A DNA stretch of 64,000 nt. It comes from Eledone cirrhosa (lineage: Eukaryota). This document shows positions 39,901-54,088 of this stretch, in pieces. How positions within the stretch are numbered: position 1 is the first letter of the stretch; each line of letters opens with the position of its first letter. The notes under the pieces were generated by a model, which was not told the origin of the DNA, ran no database searches, and saw only the letters and a list, made by a program, of their open reading frames with translations. The position numbers and the translations under genes are program-made. The stretch lies in NCBI GenBank assembly GCA_964016885.1, contig OZ024741.1, forward strand, positions 273,606,001 to 273,670,000, written 5' to 3'.

Positions 39901-41033
39901 ATAATAATAACCCTGAACTAAATAGAAAATGTAAACAAATTACAAAATTTTTTAATTACTTTAACCTTAAAATAGAAATTGAGAACAACCATAGAATAGT
40001 CAATTTCCTAGATATAACATTAAATCTCAACACATGTCTCCACTATCCTTTTCACAAGTTGAATGAAAACTTAAACTATGTCAACTTTAACTCTAACCAC
40101 CCCAGATCTGTCAAAAACACTATAGTAAACTCAGTCCAAAAGCGTATCTCTAGGATCTCGTCGAATAGAAAGATTTTTGACGAAAAGGCCCAATACTATA
40201 ATGATGCACTAGCTAGGGCAGGGTATGCTGATAAGATTGTGTACATAGATAATGATAAACAAACTAAACAAAGTAACAACTTTTTTAATTATGGCAACAA
40301 CATTAACAACTATAATAGAAAGCATTACAATAATTCCAAAGGACAAAAAAGAAATAGAACTAGGAACATAATTTGGTTTGCCCCCCCTTTCTCACTAAAC
40401 ATTAAAACCCACATCGCTAAATTATTTTTCAAAGCTCTTGATAATCGCTTCCCTAGAACACATAGGTACCACTCAATCTTCAATAGGCATACAATTAAAT
40501 TAACCTATTCATCCACCAAAAATTTAGCACAAAATATTAATAGAATAAATAATAGGAACTTAAAAACTACTGATAATAGCATAAATAATATACAAGTTAA
40601 CAAATGCAACTGTAGAGATAGATCTAAATGTCCGTTAAATAACAACTGCTTAGTTAAAAATATAGTATACAATTGTAATGTTAATACTGACTCTAATTCT
40701 TTTAACTACGTCGGTTCCACATCGACGGAATTTAAACTTCGCTATAATAACCACAAGAATTCTTTCACAGATCCAAATAAAAAATCTTCAACGGCACTAT
40801 CAGGTGTACTCTGGCAACTTAAGCTAGATAACGTTAGATATTCGACGGCTTGGAATATAGTCTCAAGAGGGATTCCTTTTAATTCATCCTCTGAGACATG
40901 TGACCTCTGCGCAGAGGAGATATTCTTTATACTAAAATCTAAAAATTCCCTTAACCTACGGACAAATTTATTCAGTTGTTGCAAACATAGATTAAACTCA
41001 ACGTTTAAATATAAATTTAAATTTAAAATGTAG
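39901..41033 (+). pseudogene. Inverted 5'-truncated copy of the Naiad ORF (RT thumb + GIY-YIG)
   Basis: Translation matches the C-terminal part of 36997-39210; starts just after the YRDD motif, so lacks most of the RT catalytic core. Confidence 0.92.
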
Positions 41034-42164
41034 TATATTTAGTTTGATTTATATTTATATGAGAACTAGCCGATAAATCTTTTGATTCCTAAATCTTTGA
41101 TTCCCTCTTTTTACTGTTTATTTTATTGTATTTATTTTTATTTTTATTTTTTATTTTTATTTTTATTTTTATCTAAACATTCCTCATGAAAAATTAAGCT
41201 ACCCTAAAAGCCGATGCTCCAAATTTTATGAATTAACCTTACACTTGATAAACTTATATATTAAATATAGGAACATATGTAGACATTATTGGACATCATA
41301 ACCTTTTTTTTTTTTTTTTTGCGATATTCCTTGCTAGATGTGATTTGATAGATAATTTTTGGCTTTGTCTTGTAGTGAACTTGGCAATATATTGTCAATT
41401 AACCTTGAAGGGTTGTTCTTTGTGGTTTATTTTTTATTTTTATTTTTATTTTTATTTTTATTTTTATTTTTATTTTTATTTTTATTCTTTTAGTATTGTA
41501 GTATTCTATAATATTTTTATATTTTTATTTTTTTTATTTTTTATTTTTTATTTTTTATTTTTTATTTTATTTTATTTTTATTTTTAATATTTTTATATGT
41601 AAAGTTTTAATACGTAATAATTTTAAAACATAGTATTTTTAATATGCAATATTTTTATTATGTAATATTCTTTCGTAATATTCTTTTTTAGTTTTCTATT
41701 CTATATTTTTATATTTTTATATATTTTTACTTATTATCATTATTATTGTTATCTCTGCTTATAATATAATATATATTTTCGATTAGTATATTGAAATCTG
41801 CTCTCTATTTCTGCTTGATAGATAATCTTGTAGAGTAATCGCAAGAATAATAATACGCTCAAATGTTTATGCCACATTGAGAATGTTTTCCGGTAACTTT
41901 GAATTTGCGGAGTGAATCAGTTGGATTCACATAGACATATGAATTTTTTAAAAAACTAAACATAAGATAATGAATTTTCACGCATTGTGAATACTTGTTT
42001 CATTCAGGAATACTGATATTTACAATATAGTGTAAGTTTTATAAATACTAATACATTAAAACATAGGGTTTTCTACGCCTCGAATATGTCTGGCTATTTT
42101 TAAATTTTTCTCTCTCTATATCTCTCTATATCTCTCTATATCTCCCTTACATTAATACTTGAGC

Positions 42165-42199
<35 letters not shown>

Positions 42200-42562
42200 A
42201 TGCATCATTGATGCACTTACTCAAAATGACCTCCCACTACCTAATTTTTCTATATCTATATTTATATATGTATCTATCTCTATTTCCTCTCTCTCTATAT
42301 ATATATATATATCTCTTTCGGTCTCTTTACATGAAGCTCTTCGCTTTATCTATTTTTCCATCTCTCTATTTTGTCCCATGCATTTCTTCTTTTTCTTCTT
42401 TTTCTTCCTTTTCTTCGTTTCGTCTTTCTTTCTTTCTTATTTCCCTCTTTTCTCTCTCTCTTTCTTTCTCTCTGTATTTTCACTGCTAGAGTGAACCTCT
42501 TCAAATGAAGTTGATGTTTATTACGGTATGTCGAATATATTTATCTATAAAACTGTTTATAT

Positions 42563-42630
42563 TGTATTTTGTCTGATGAAGGCATAGCATATTGTTAATA
42601 TGATATCCCCGAAATATATATAATGAAATA
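42563..42630 (+). ncRNA. Type I hammerhead ribozyme in the inverted pLTR
   Basis: CTGATGA at 42573, GAAA at 42611; mirror of 35416-35482. Confidence 0.7.
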
Positions 42631-42758
42631 AATATGGTTTTATAAATATAGTTTTCCATTTATTTAATATTGTAAATATACTCCAAGTATTTGTCGAGTG
42701 CTTTTATATCAGTTATAAATATTTACTAGTTGTAACCCAACAATTTTAAATATAACTT

Positions 42759-42819
<61 letters not shown>

Positions 42820-42863
42820 CTCACATATACACACACATTCTTCTTAGCTTCGTACGGACCTAT

Positions 42864-42930
<67 letters not shown>

Positions 42931-43305
42931 TACACACACGCACACACACACACACACACAAACACATGCTTACGTACGTGCTCAAGTATAGCTCTTTTTA
43001 CAAAACGGTTTATTTTCCATTTCAGGTAGACGCACGCCATCAAAAATAAATCATGCACAAAATGCCAGCACCAACAGTTTTGCAAGAGATGTCAACATGA
43101 ATGGACCTGTTATTTTTATCTAAAGACATTTTTTCCAATTCCATCCCGCCGGTCCCCTCAATCTATTTTATTTCTCATTGTTTCTTCTGATGAAGGACTA
43201 GCGTCCGAAACCTTAAGACCCTCCTCCTGCTATATCAAGCGTTAACCTAATATATACCTTCCATATACTGTACCGATTGTGTTGTTATTTCTGTTTACCC
43301 TTTAC

Positions 43306-43376
<71 letters not shown>

Positions 43377-43719
43377 AGCACTGACGGACTGGCTAGGTTG
43401 CCTAATTGCAAGTGGGCCCTAGGGGACCCACAGTAACATTGCAGCGCCCATTGCAGTATTTTAGAAGCCAATGCTTTGCTTTCAAAAAATACCTGAAATC
43501 TATGAGAAAGAATACATTTTTTATTTAAATATATAAAACAATTATTCAAAACTTTTGGTCAACCAATTCCCCAGGGAATTACTAGAAACCAAAATATATG
43601 ATAATGCAGATAGTTGGAATCAGTGGTTGTCCATTGTACTAAATATAAAGCTTACATACATATGTAGACACAGATACACAAGCATATATATATATATAGA
43701 GAGAGATATATATACACAC

Positions 43720-43858
<139 letters not shown>

Positions 43859-44047
43859 GGAACGAGTAGGACCCCGACGGCTGAGCTCAAGCCGTTTCGA
43901 CGGCTAATTCTGGACTCAATTAGCCGTCGAAATGGCTTAAGCTCAGCCGTCGGGGTCCTACTCGTTCCTATTACCCACTCTACTACCCTAAGTATTGAGT
44001 ACTTTGGTGCGTTATTGTCCACCTGGTTCCTTACCACATTTCCTTCG

Positions 44048-44096
<49 letters not shown>

Positions 44097-44259
44097 GTTT
44101 ATTTCCATCTTCGGTTAGCTTCCCCCTGTGTTGTTTACTTGTCTCACTCGCTTTACGTGTTTCTATTGTCCTAATAACTTATTTTAGTTATTATCGCTCC
44201 AACTTGAGGTAATTTCGAATGAGACTCCATATACACAGTTCACTTCAGTTATTATTTAT

Positions 44260-44450
44260 AGGTGGATTGGCAGTATCGGTAGAGGCTCGGACACCATGTT
44301 TTGACGCATAGAGTTACGACCCTTGCCATTCTGAGTTAAAATCCCGCCGAGGTTAATTTTGCCTTTCATCCTTACGGGGTCGATAAAATAAAGTACCAGT
44401 AATGCACTGGTTTCATTGCTGGCCTTGTGCCAAAAGTAGAAACAATTATT
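44260..44450 (+). mobile_element. tRNA-derived SINE
   Basis: A-box tggcagtatcgg, B-box-like gagttaaaatcc, body ttgcctttcatccttacggggtcgataaaataaagtaccag. Confidence 0.85.
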
Positions 44451-44724
44451 TATAGACATTTCGCCTAGTCCATTTTTAGTTATGCGGGGGTGTTCAAGGT
44501 TTTTCCCTACAACAGTTACATATTCAGTGAAGTCCGTGGATCGAATTTGGCCCACGATCTCTATTATATTGCCAATGGTGAAAGCAATGAGAAACACTGA
44601 TTCGGAAGTAAATACAAATGTCAAGGAACATCCCTGGCAGATATTGAGGCGGTGATAGACGGGAGAGTAAACCAAGCGAGAGAACTGCGTTTCTTTAATG
44701 ACTTAGCGGAAGCTGCATTAATGC

Positions 44725-44965
44725 TGTAGTGGGAGTAGTGGCATAATGGTGGATGTTGTGGTATACTGGTGTTTGTAGTGGTTTAATGGTGTCTGTTGTG
44801 GTATACTTGTGTTTGTAGTGGTATACTGGCATCTGTTGTGGTATACTGGTGCCGCAAGTGGTATATTGGCGTCTGTTGTGGTATATTGGTGTTTGTAGTG
44901 GTATTCTGCCATCTGTTGTGGTATATTGGCATCTGTTGTGGTATATTGGCGTCTCAAGTGGCATC
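44725..44965 (+). repeat. ~20-bp-unit minisatellite (gtggtatactggcatctgtt variants)
   Basis: Directly visible tandem units. Confidence 0.85.
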
Positions 44966-45957
44966 ATGGTGTCTGCAGTGGTGCATAGATAGTTGAGCTG
45001 CTATATTTGTATCTATAGTGGTATTTTAGTCAATATATATTGGTATTTTCTTAGCTGTAGTGGTATAATATATGACATGTATGTATGAATATGTATGTAT
45101 TTATGTATGACAGCATATGACATACACTAGTATATGACATGCAGGAAGTCGTGCTGGGTCCATAAACTTATCAATATATCACACTTTGGCGCCACCTAAC
45201 GACAAAATACTCATACATATTAATCGACTTTTCAATAAATAAATAAATAAACTACATTGTTGACATAGAAATATTAGTACTTCATTAAATGACGATGGTT
45301 TTTTTCCCACTCTTTGGTTTATAATTAAATCGGAACCTCGAGCGAACGTAAAATGGCGCCTCTGATATCACTAAACGCCGAGAACATGTCCGTTGTTTCA
45401 ATTTTAAAACCTATATATTATATATTTAAAATAGCATTGAAATAGCGATAGTGCAAGTGATGTGTATATCTGTAGTTGTGCATGTGTATGTGCGCGCGCG
45501 CGCGTGTGTGAATTATTATATGTGTGTGTGTTTGTGATCACATATGTTAGATAAATGTTCCAATCAAACAAACAATACTTGCAAGCATGTATATATATGT
45601 ATATATATATATATACACACACACACACATACATACACACACATACACACACACATATATATATATATATATGAATGAACTTACACGTAGCAATATGTAT
45701 ATACATGTGTTATTTTTGCACAAGTAATCACACCTATATATACGTGCCTTATATTTACACAGGCAATCACACACATACACACGCACGCACACACACGCAC
45801 ACACACACACACATATATATATATATACCTTAGGGGCCAATGCAAAAACTTTGCTTTCAAAGAAAATATCAGTCCTTGAGAAAGAATAAAAAAAGTAAGA
45901 AAAAACAAACAAATAAAACAATTAAGCATACTAGGATCGACTTTTACATGAGATCGA

Positions 45958-46050
<93 letters not shown>

Positions 46051-46408
46051 TTTCAGGCTTAACTGGCCATCGTCAGGACGGTCCCTCCCACCGCTTGCGA
46101 CTGCTGGACTAGAAGACAGGCGAGAATATATACTTTTCTCGTCTGTGTAAATGAGAAATGTATATATTCTTGCCTGTCTTCTAGTCCAGCAGTCGCAAGC
46201 GGTGAGAGGGACCATCCTGACGAAGGCCAGTTAAGCCTGAAATGCATAGACGGTTGTCCCCCTTGCTTCTGCTGGTCATCACCAGACGGCGTTTGTCCCC
46301 CCCCCCCCGGTGTTTGCATAGCTACGGCTTCCTAAAACCGTATTTCTTTGGAGATACGAAATATTTATAGATATTGTATAAAGCTATGCTTGAAGCGAAA
46401 TCCTATTT

Positions 46409-46410
<2 letters not shown>
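46051..46410 (+). mobile_element. Short HHR element with a 90-bp 5' fold-back arm, inserted in (TA)n
   Basis: 46051-46140 is the reverse complement of 46153-46242. Confidence 0.8.
46211..46254 (+). ncRNA. Minimal type I hammerhead ribozyme
   Basis: accatc CTGACGA aggc-cagttaa-gcct GAAA TGCA TA gacggt; palindromic ATGCAT stem III. Confidence 0.8.
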
Positions 46411-46483
<73 letters not shown>

Positions 46484-46573
46484 CTAGACACAGCCAACGT
46501 ATCTACTGTTACCCAAATGTGTGCACTCTGAACAATTGATTGCTGAATTTATACCAGCGATCTTCGTTACTTT

Positions 46574-46611
<38 letters not shown>

Positions 46612-47039
46612 AATGTACGGAACTGAAATTTCGGTTTTTGAATCCATCCCCATTCTTCCGTTTTTGTTTTTTCTTTATATTTTCCTATTTTCCATTCCAT
46701 TCTTTCTTCTCAATCTAAATTTTTTCTTTTCCTTTTTCTATCAAACTGTATTCCATAAATATGTATATAATATTAAAAGTAATCTTTGATAATTCACAGA
46801 ATAAACGAACGCGGTATCGAAGGATACTATCTAGGTATTTAATGAAATCCTTGCGTAAGTGTAAGTTAGGTAAGACCATAGAGATTTCAAAGACGAATAT
46901 TTATAATATCACCTTCAAAAAAACATTTGAGAAACGTAGCAGATACGGTAGTTGAGTGGTGCAACTGCCGGTTATTGACTGTTCATAGTTCAATATCCAA
47001 AGAATAAAAAGAATTTTGTTTTTAGTTTGTCCTTTTACC

Positions 47040-47974
47040 AACTAGAAGTTTCCTTCTGTTTCACCAGGCTCCGGTTTTGCCGCCACACAAGCTTGAATTG
47101 AAGAAGCGCGTAGTCATCATGTTTTGGAGAAACCTCGATCATCCTTGTTTGTGAATGGGATGCGTATGGTTGTGTTTGAACAACAGCCTCACGTTATCGA
47201 AGTCAAAATCCTCATTGGATGTGGTAAGGGAGACATCGTATTTATACTTAGACAACCACTAATACCAACAGATGTGCTCTTTCGTCTCAAACGAGAGTGA
47301 TCATTAATAATCATTAACAAGTCCAAAGATCAAACACTGCAGGTTGTCGGTCTCCATCTAGAAGAGGGCTGATTCTCACATGGTCAATTGTATGTAGTCA
47401 ATTGTATGTAGGTTGTTCCATAGTAGGAAGCCCCCGTATATGCTCCAAAGAATAAAGTTAAAAACATTGTATATAATGAAGTTCTGTAAATCTAAACTAT
47501 AATAAAGGAAGGTCTGCGGGATTGCGGACGGTTTATTTTTTTTTATCCCGTTTGTAAAATAAGTTGGATTACTTTGAATAAATAATGAATGAATATTACA
47601 TAATTTATCTACTAAATTTCATGGTTGTTCATTAAATATATTTTGTTTATTTAAAGATTCACTTCTTTAAAATTTCTGAAATGTCAACACTTCCGGTAGC
47701 GATCACTTAAATAAACATACTAATTTTCCGTCACTAATTTTCCCCTAATGCAGTTTATATATAATATCGTCTTTTTTTAATGTATCATGGATTCCGTTAC
47801 TGATTACATAAGGCAGTGTAACGCAGTCTTCGTTCAATTTCTATGTATTATATATTGTCAATTACGATTTTATTTGATGTATCATATCTACATGTATATA
47901 TACTTGCGTATATTATCTATATACACACTACACATGCTCGCAGAAAACCACCCGAAGGGTGGTTTTTCTGCTAG
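47040..47974 (+). mobile_element. Helitron 3' fragment (PIF1-type helicase pseudogene + terminal hairpin/CTAG)
   Basis: PPHKLELK..IMFWRNLD..NGMRMVV..GDIVFI..INKSKDQTLQVVGLHL..FSHGQLYV..KNIVYNEVL*; hairpin gcagaaaaccaccc-gaa-gggtggtttttctgc then CTAG|T. Confidence 0.88.
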
Positions 47975-48284
47975 TGTTTTATAATTTTTTGGGAAAATGT
48001 CGATTTGAGCATGTCGGCGGTCAGATTAGTTAAAATTACACGAAAAACCTTAATTATTACCAATTTTATTTCGTATTATTAGCGGTCAACAAACAAACAT
48101 TTTTTTAATATGTATTATAGATAACTATTTCTTCCACAAATGTGTTTTATATTTACAGTCAACATTTTTTTCGCTTTTTGCAATTGTTCAATCAAAACAT
48201 CCAGCGCAATGTATATAATAATAATTGTTTCTACTTTAGGCACAAGGCCAGCAATTACCCAGTGCATTACTGGTACTTTATTTT

Positions 48285-48700
48285 ATAATAATAATAATGA
48301 AATTATTGTGTACAGTGCTCAGGTGCACTACCACTGATCAAAGGTGCATGTATAGTACATAGAATAATATTCAAATTTCAGGAAAATGAACAGTGTATGA
48401 GTCATGATATACATGTGTGCGTCTGTATGTAGGGGGGGGGGGGGCATCAGGTGCAGTGTTGGCGAATCTCAGGAAGCATGGATGTTTTAAAGGATGCAGT
48501 GTCTCGACAGATAACAACGGATGCAGGCAGTTTGTTCCACGCTTCAGCAACTCTGAGCGTGAAAAAATGTTGCCGAAAGTCATGGGAGCTGTGCTGTTTT
48601 CTGACGTTCTAGACATGCCCACATGTGTTAGACACATGGAAACAAAAAAGGTGCTCAGGATTGTTGTTGGCAAGATGGTGAATAATTTTACTTTGATACA
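48285..48700 (-). mobile_element. CR1-type LINE 3' end with (ATT)n tail
   Basis: FRQHFFTLRVAEAWNKLPASVVICRDTASFK, the typical CR1/L2 terminal motif. Confidence 0.75.
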
Positions 48701-48924
48701 GAGAAAGTTTCTAGGAGCTTTAATTCTTATTTACAACATTTACTAAGAGGAGGAGTCTATGACTTTGCACTCATAATTACACCATCGACTGTAAATTTTA
48801 ACTTATCTCTAATGTATTTATCACATCAAATAATGGGTTAAATATCCAAACACATCTTGTTGCGGTCTAACACTAATAAATTTGGTCGTTGACTTTTCCA
48901 TCTACCGTTTAAACATTATTATTT

Positions 48925-49312
48925 TAGTGAATTGGCAGTATCGGTAGAGGGTCAGACGCCATGCTTTCCAGCATAGTTACGTCCCTTTACGATCTGAGTT
49001 CAAATCCGGCCGAGGTTGACTTTACCGTTCATCCTTACGGGGACGATAAAATAAAGTACCAGTAATGTACTGGGTAATTGCTGGCCTTGTGCCTAAAGTA
49101 GAAACAATTATTTTAGTTGCTGCGGTGGATTGGCAGTATCGGTAGAGGGTCGGACACCATTCTTTGCATCATAGAGTTACGCCCCTTTACGGTCTGAGTT
49201 CAAATCCCACCAAAGTTAATTTTGCCTTTCATCCTTACGGGGGTGGAGAAAATAAAGTACCAGTAATGCACTGGGATAATTGCTGGCCTTGTGCCAAACA
49301 TAGAAACAATTA
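48925..49312 (+). mobile_element. Two head-to-tail tRNA-derived SINEs
   Basis: Each has A-box tggcagtatcgg and B-box gagttcaaatcc and ends gtagaaacaatt. Confidence 0.88.
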
Positions 49313-49429
49313 TTTTAGTTGGTGTTATTGATATCTCTGTGTATATATATAAAATTAGAATTTTATTCCTCGCCCTAGCACAACTGATACATAAATGTAA
49401 GTATGTACACGTACATACACGCACACGCA

Positions 49430-49480
<51 letters not shown>

Positions 49481-49494
49481 ATATATATATAAAG

Positions 49495-50120
49495 TTACTT
49501 TCACAACAAAGTAGCAAAGCATCCTCAAGGACGTACGCTTCACCCAAAGGATTTTCATCTCGAGTGAGGTTGTGCTGAAAAACGGAAGTGTATATGAGCT
49601 GATACAGTCTTGCGCATGGCCATCGGCAAGGAGAACAAATCAAGTTAGACTGATGAGGTAGATGACTGAGTTCATTCTGGATAAAATTAGTGTGTGTCCT
49701 TGTAATTACGTAACAAGTACTTGGAAGGGTGAGGACAGCGATTTAAAAAATCACATCTTGTATTTTGACAAGTACTATTATGTAATCTCTGTAAGATATA
49801 TATTCGATCATCAATGCACAGTCTACAGGACAAATTCCCATTTCCGTATGGCCTAGATTTGGTCAGAACTTTCCATTGAATGGAGTAATCCACGTCTGCA
49901 TCTTTGAGTGACCATATGCGGCTTACATGCTTCATAGGCGATCACTTATCCGAGACTAAAAGTCGTCTGATGGTTAAGGTTTATGGTTCTTTAAACCGAC
50001 CCTCCACCATACCCACATAGGTTTTGACCACCTGTTGTTGGTTTGGTCGAGTAGATTTAACTTCAGCTTCATAGATTATTGCGGGTATGTTACACTGTTG
50101 TTGAAGGGGGAATGTTTCTG
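49495..50120 (-). mobile_element. Old Naiad-type Penelope remnant (GIY-YIG C-terminus + decayed pLTR)
   Basis: PLQQQCNIPAIIYEAEV..TYVGMVEGRFK..IWSLKD..YSIQWKVL..CRLC..RCPH. Confidence 0.8.
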
Positions 50121-50121
50121 G

Positions 50122-50270
50122 CCTTCTGCAAGGCTTAGTGGTTAGAACATTGGGCTTGCAATCGAAAGGTTGTGAGTTCAATTCTCGGACCTGGTGATGT
50201 GTTGTTTCCTTGAGCAAGATACTTTATTTCACGTTGCTCTAGTTTACTCAGCTGTAGAAATGAGATGATA
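50122..50270 (+). mobile_element. tRNA-derived SINE with a CORE-like central domain
   Basis: ggcttagtggttag..gagttcaattc head, then ccttgagcaagatacttt..ctcagctgtagaaatg. Confidence 0.65.
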
Positions 50271-50924
50271 GGACTGGGGTCCCTATCATTAAGTTACCCA
50301 ATATACCTCCAACGAGATATCCCTTGGAGGAGGCCAGCTAAACCTGCATAGGTGTGAGCTGTCACACACACACAAAAGGGTTAAGAATTTAGACCCTGGT
50401 AGGATTTGATAATTTGAAGTAATGTAGAAACCTATCAGTCTTCACATGGTAATGTTTGCTTCCCATTTCTCTCTTCACTCGAAAAAAAAAAATGGTATGG
50501 AATGGATAAACGTCGGTTGAGACGATGAATGTTCCATTTGTTCGATCAACGGAATAACCCCCTCGGAAAATTAACGTGTAAGTGGCTGAGCATTTCACAG
50601 ACGCCTGTACACTTCAGGAAACTCAGCGTGACACACTGCGGGTCGAGGCAAACCCTTTGAATTTCAGGTATAGTCCATTTAACAGACCTCCTTCCAAACA
50701 GGTTTCTTCTTCTTCTTCTTCTTCTTCTTCTTCTTCTTCTTCTTCTTCTTCTTTGATCAGTTTCTTTGATCTGCGGAGAAGGTCGACAAAATATGTGACA
50801 GTGCTTGGTGTGTTTTTGAATTATATAGGGCATCCACATCGTTTCTGTCTACCAATTTTATTCGCAAAGATTCCTATATTCGTCAGAAGAGACTACGATT
50901 CTCGTGCTGTTATTGTTCTTTGTT

Positions 50925-51116
50925 TTCATTGTTGTTGTTGTTCCTGTTGCTGTTGTCGCTGCTGGCACTGCTGTCGTTGTTGTGGTGGTTGTTGCTACTG
51001 TTGTTGTTTTTGTCATTTTGTTGCTATTGTTGTTGTTGCTGTTGCTGCTGTTGTTGTGGTCATTCTGGATGTTGCTCTTGTTGCTGGTGTTGTTATTGCT
51101 GTTTTTCTGTCGTAGT

Positions 51117-51156
<40 letters not shown>

Positions 51157-51580
51157 AGTTGTTGCGGCTGTTGTTGTTGTTGCGGTTGTTGCGGCTGTGG
51201 TTGTTGCGGCTGTTGTTATTGTTGTGGTTCTTGCGGCTGTTGTTATTGTTGTGGTTCTTGCGGCTGTTGTTGTTGTTGTTGTTTTTGGTGCTGTTGTTAT
51301 TGTTGTTGTTGTTGTTGTTGTTATTGCTGTTGCCGCTGTTGTTGTTATTGTTGTTGTCGCTGATATCACTATTTTTCTGTCGTAGTTTTTGTTGTTACTG
51401 TCGTTGTTTTTGTTGTTGTTGTTGTTGTTGTCGTTATAGTTATTGCAGCTGTTATTGTCTCTGTTGTTACTGCCGTTGTTTTTGCTGTTGTTGTTGCTGC
51501 TGTTATCACCGATGTTACCACCGTTGTTTATGCTGTTGTTGTTGCTGTTGTTACTGTTGTTATTGCCGTTGATTTTGCCG

Positions 51581-51629
<49 letters not shown>

Positions 51630-51665
51630 CGTAGTTGTTGCTCCTGCTGTTGTTGTTCTTGTTAT
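50925..51665 (+). repeat. (GTT/GCT)n mixed trinucleotide tract
   Basis: Directly visible. Confidence 0.93.
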
Positions 51666-51919
51666 TAATATTTCGTCCTTGTTACGAGATTCTAATCAGT
51701 AAACATCAGTGACAACAAGGGCCAGTGCCCTTAAAAACCCCGCGTCGTCTCGTAAATAGGAATCTAGATTTACGGGGACCATCTATCATCACTGCCAACA
51801 CAATCAGGGACAGGGTGGGAGGGACCCGGCTACCATAAAACACTCTAGCACTTTCTTCACTAATCTTACTTCGCTTCTTTTTTTCTTTATTTCTTTCTTT
51901 TTTCTTTCTTTCGTTTTTT

Positions 51920-51980
<61 letters not shown>

Positions 51981-52027
51981 TCATGTCTTTTCTTCTCAAG
52001 TACATTTCCTAGTTTAAATATCTTTTA

Positions 52028-52980
52028 GCAACTACAACAACAACTACAATAACAACAATAATAACAATAATAACAATAACAACAACAACAATATCAACAT
52101 CGACATCAACGACAAAAATCCCCCTCCCTCCACGACCACAAACAACAACAGCATTTTCGTTAGCAACAATAACAACACCAGCAACAACATCACCTCCACT
52201 TCCCCATTCCACCACCAACAAAACATCAACAACAACAACATCACCTCCACCAACACCACCACAAACAACAACAACTGCAATAACAACAATATCACTAGCA
52301 ACAACGTCACCCCAGCATTATCACGAACAACATCGCTACCACCACCAACAACATCAATACCACCACCATCCACCACCATCCACCGCCACCAACAACACCA
52401 ACAACAACAACATCCCACCATACCACCACTACCACCAACACCACCACAGCCAACAAAAACAATATTACCAACAATACTACCACCACCACCACAACCACCA
52501 CCACCACCACCAACAACAACATGCCTACCACCACCACCAACAACAACAACACCATCATCACCAACAACACCACTACCACCAACAACAACGCCATCACCCC
52601 CACCCCCACCCCAACAACATCCCCCCCAACAACAACAACACCACCAACACCACCAACACCACCACCACCAACAACAACACCACCAATAACAATAACAACA
52701 ACACCATCACCACCAATAACAATAACAACAACACCACCCAAAAAAATAACAACAACACCACCAATAACAATAACAACAACACCACCAATAACAACAACAA
52801 CAACACCACCAAAAACAACAACAATACCAACAACACCACAAACAATAACACCACCAAAAACAATAACAACACCAACAACACCACCAAAAACAATAACAAC
52901 ACCACCACAAATAACAATAACAACACCACCAAAAACAATAACAACACCACCACCAATAACAATAAAAACAACATCACCCT
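52028..52980 (+). repeat. (CAA/CAC)n mixed trinucleotide tract
   Basis: Directly visible. Confidence 0.93.
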
Positions 52981-53104
52981 CTTCAGCGACAAAAACAGTA
53001 TCACAATTTCGTCCTCGCCCTCCATTGCACGTAAAGCCCCATAAAACGTCTTCAAGCTGACTCCAGCAACATCACAGACACTCCATCAAACACATTTACA
53101 CTGT

Positions 53105-53810
53105 CTTTATATTTATATTTATATTTATATTTATATTTATATGTATTTATATATATTTATATTTATATGTATTTATATATATTTATGTTTATATGTATTT
53201 ATATATATTTAGGATTATATGTATTTATATATATTTATATTTATATGTATTTATATATATTTAGGTTTATATGTATTTATATATATTTAGAATTATATGT
53301 ATTTATATATATTTAGATTTATATTTATTTACATATATTTAGATTTATATTTATTTACATATATTTAGATTTATATGTATTTATATATATTTAGATTTAG
53401 ATGTATTTATATATATTTATGTTTATATGTATTTATATATATTTAGGTTTATATGTATTTATATATATTTAGATTTATATGTATTTATATATATTTAGAA
53501 TTATATGTATTTATATATATTTAGGTTTATATGTATTTATATATATTTAGATTTATATTTATTTATATATATTTATATTTATATGCATTTATATATATTT
53601 ATATTTATATTGATCTATATGTGTATATTTATATTTATATTTATATGTATATATTTATATTTATGTGTTTATTTATATTTATATGTATTTATTTATGTTT
53701 ATATTTATATATTCATATTTATATGTGTTTATTTATATTTATATGTGTTTATTTATGTGTTTATATTGATTTATATGTGTTTGTTTATTTATGTTTGTGT
53801 TTGTTTGTAT
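53105..53810 (+). repeat. AT-rich ~22-bp minisatellite (atttatatgtatttatatatatttag)
   Basis: Directly visible. Confidence 0.88.
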
Positions 53811-53941
53811 GTTTCTGATGTTTTCTTTCTTTGTATATTTATGATACATGCTGTCTTTCTATCTAACGTTTCGTCTGTATGTGTGCGTATATATATGTAT
53901 ATATATATATATTATATATATATATACATACATATATATAT

Positions 53942-53973
<32 letters not shown>

Positions 53974-53978
53974 TTATT

Positions 53979-54088
<110 letters not shown>

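Noticed and set aside
40059-41033. Stand-alone 324-aa GIY-YIG gene
   Set aside because: It is the truncated inverted copy of the Naiad ORF, starts at a TTG, and has no evident promoter.
48925-50200. tRNA genes
   Set aside because: A/B boxes are followed by SINE bodies and there is no complete cloverleaf.
52521-53060. Mucin-like Thr/Pro ORF
   Set aside because: Derived from a (CAA/CAC)n tract, with no splice or domain evidence.
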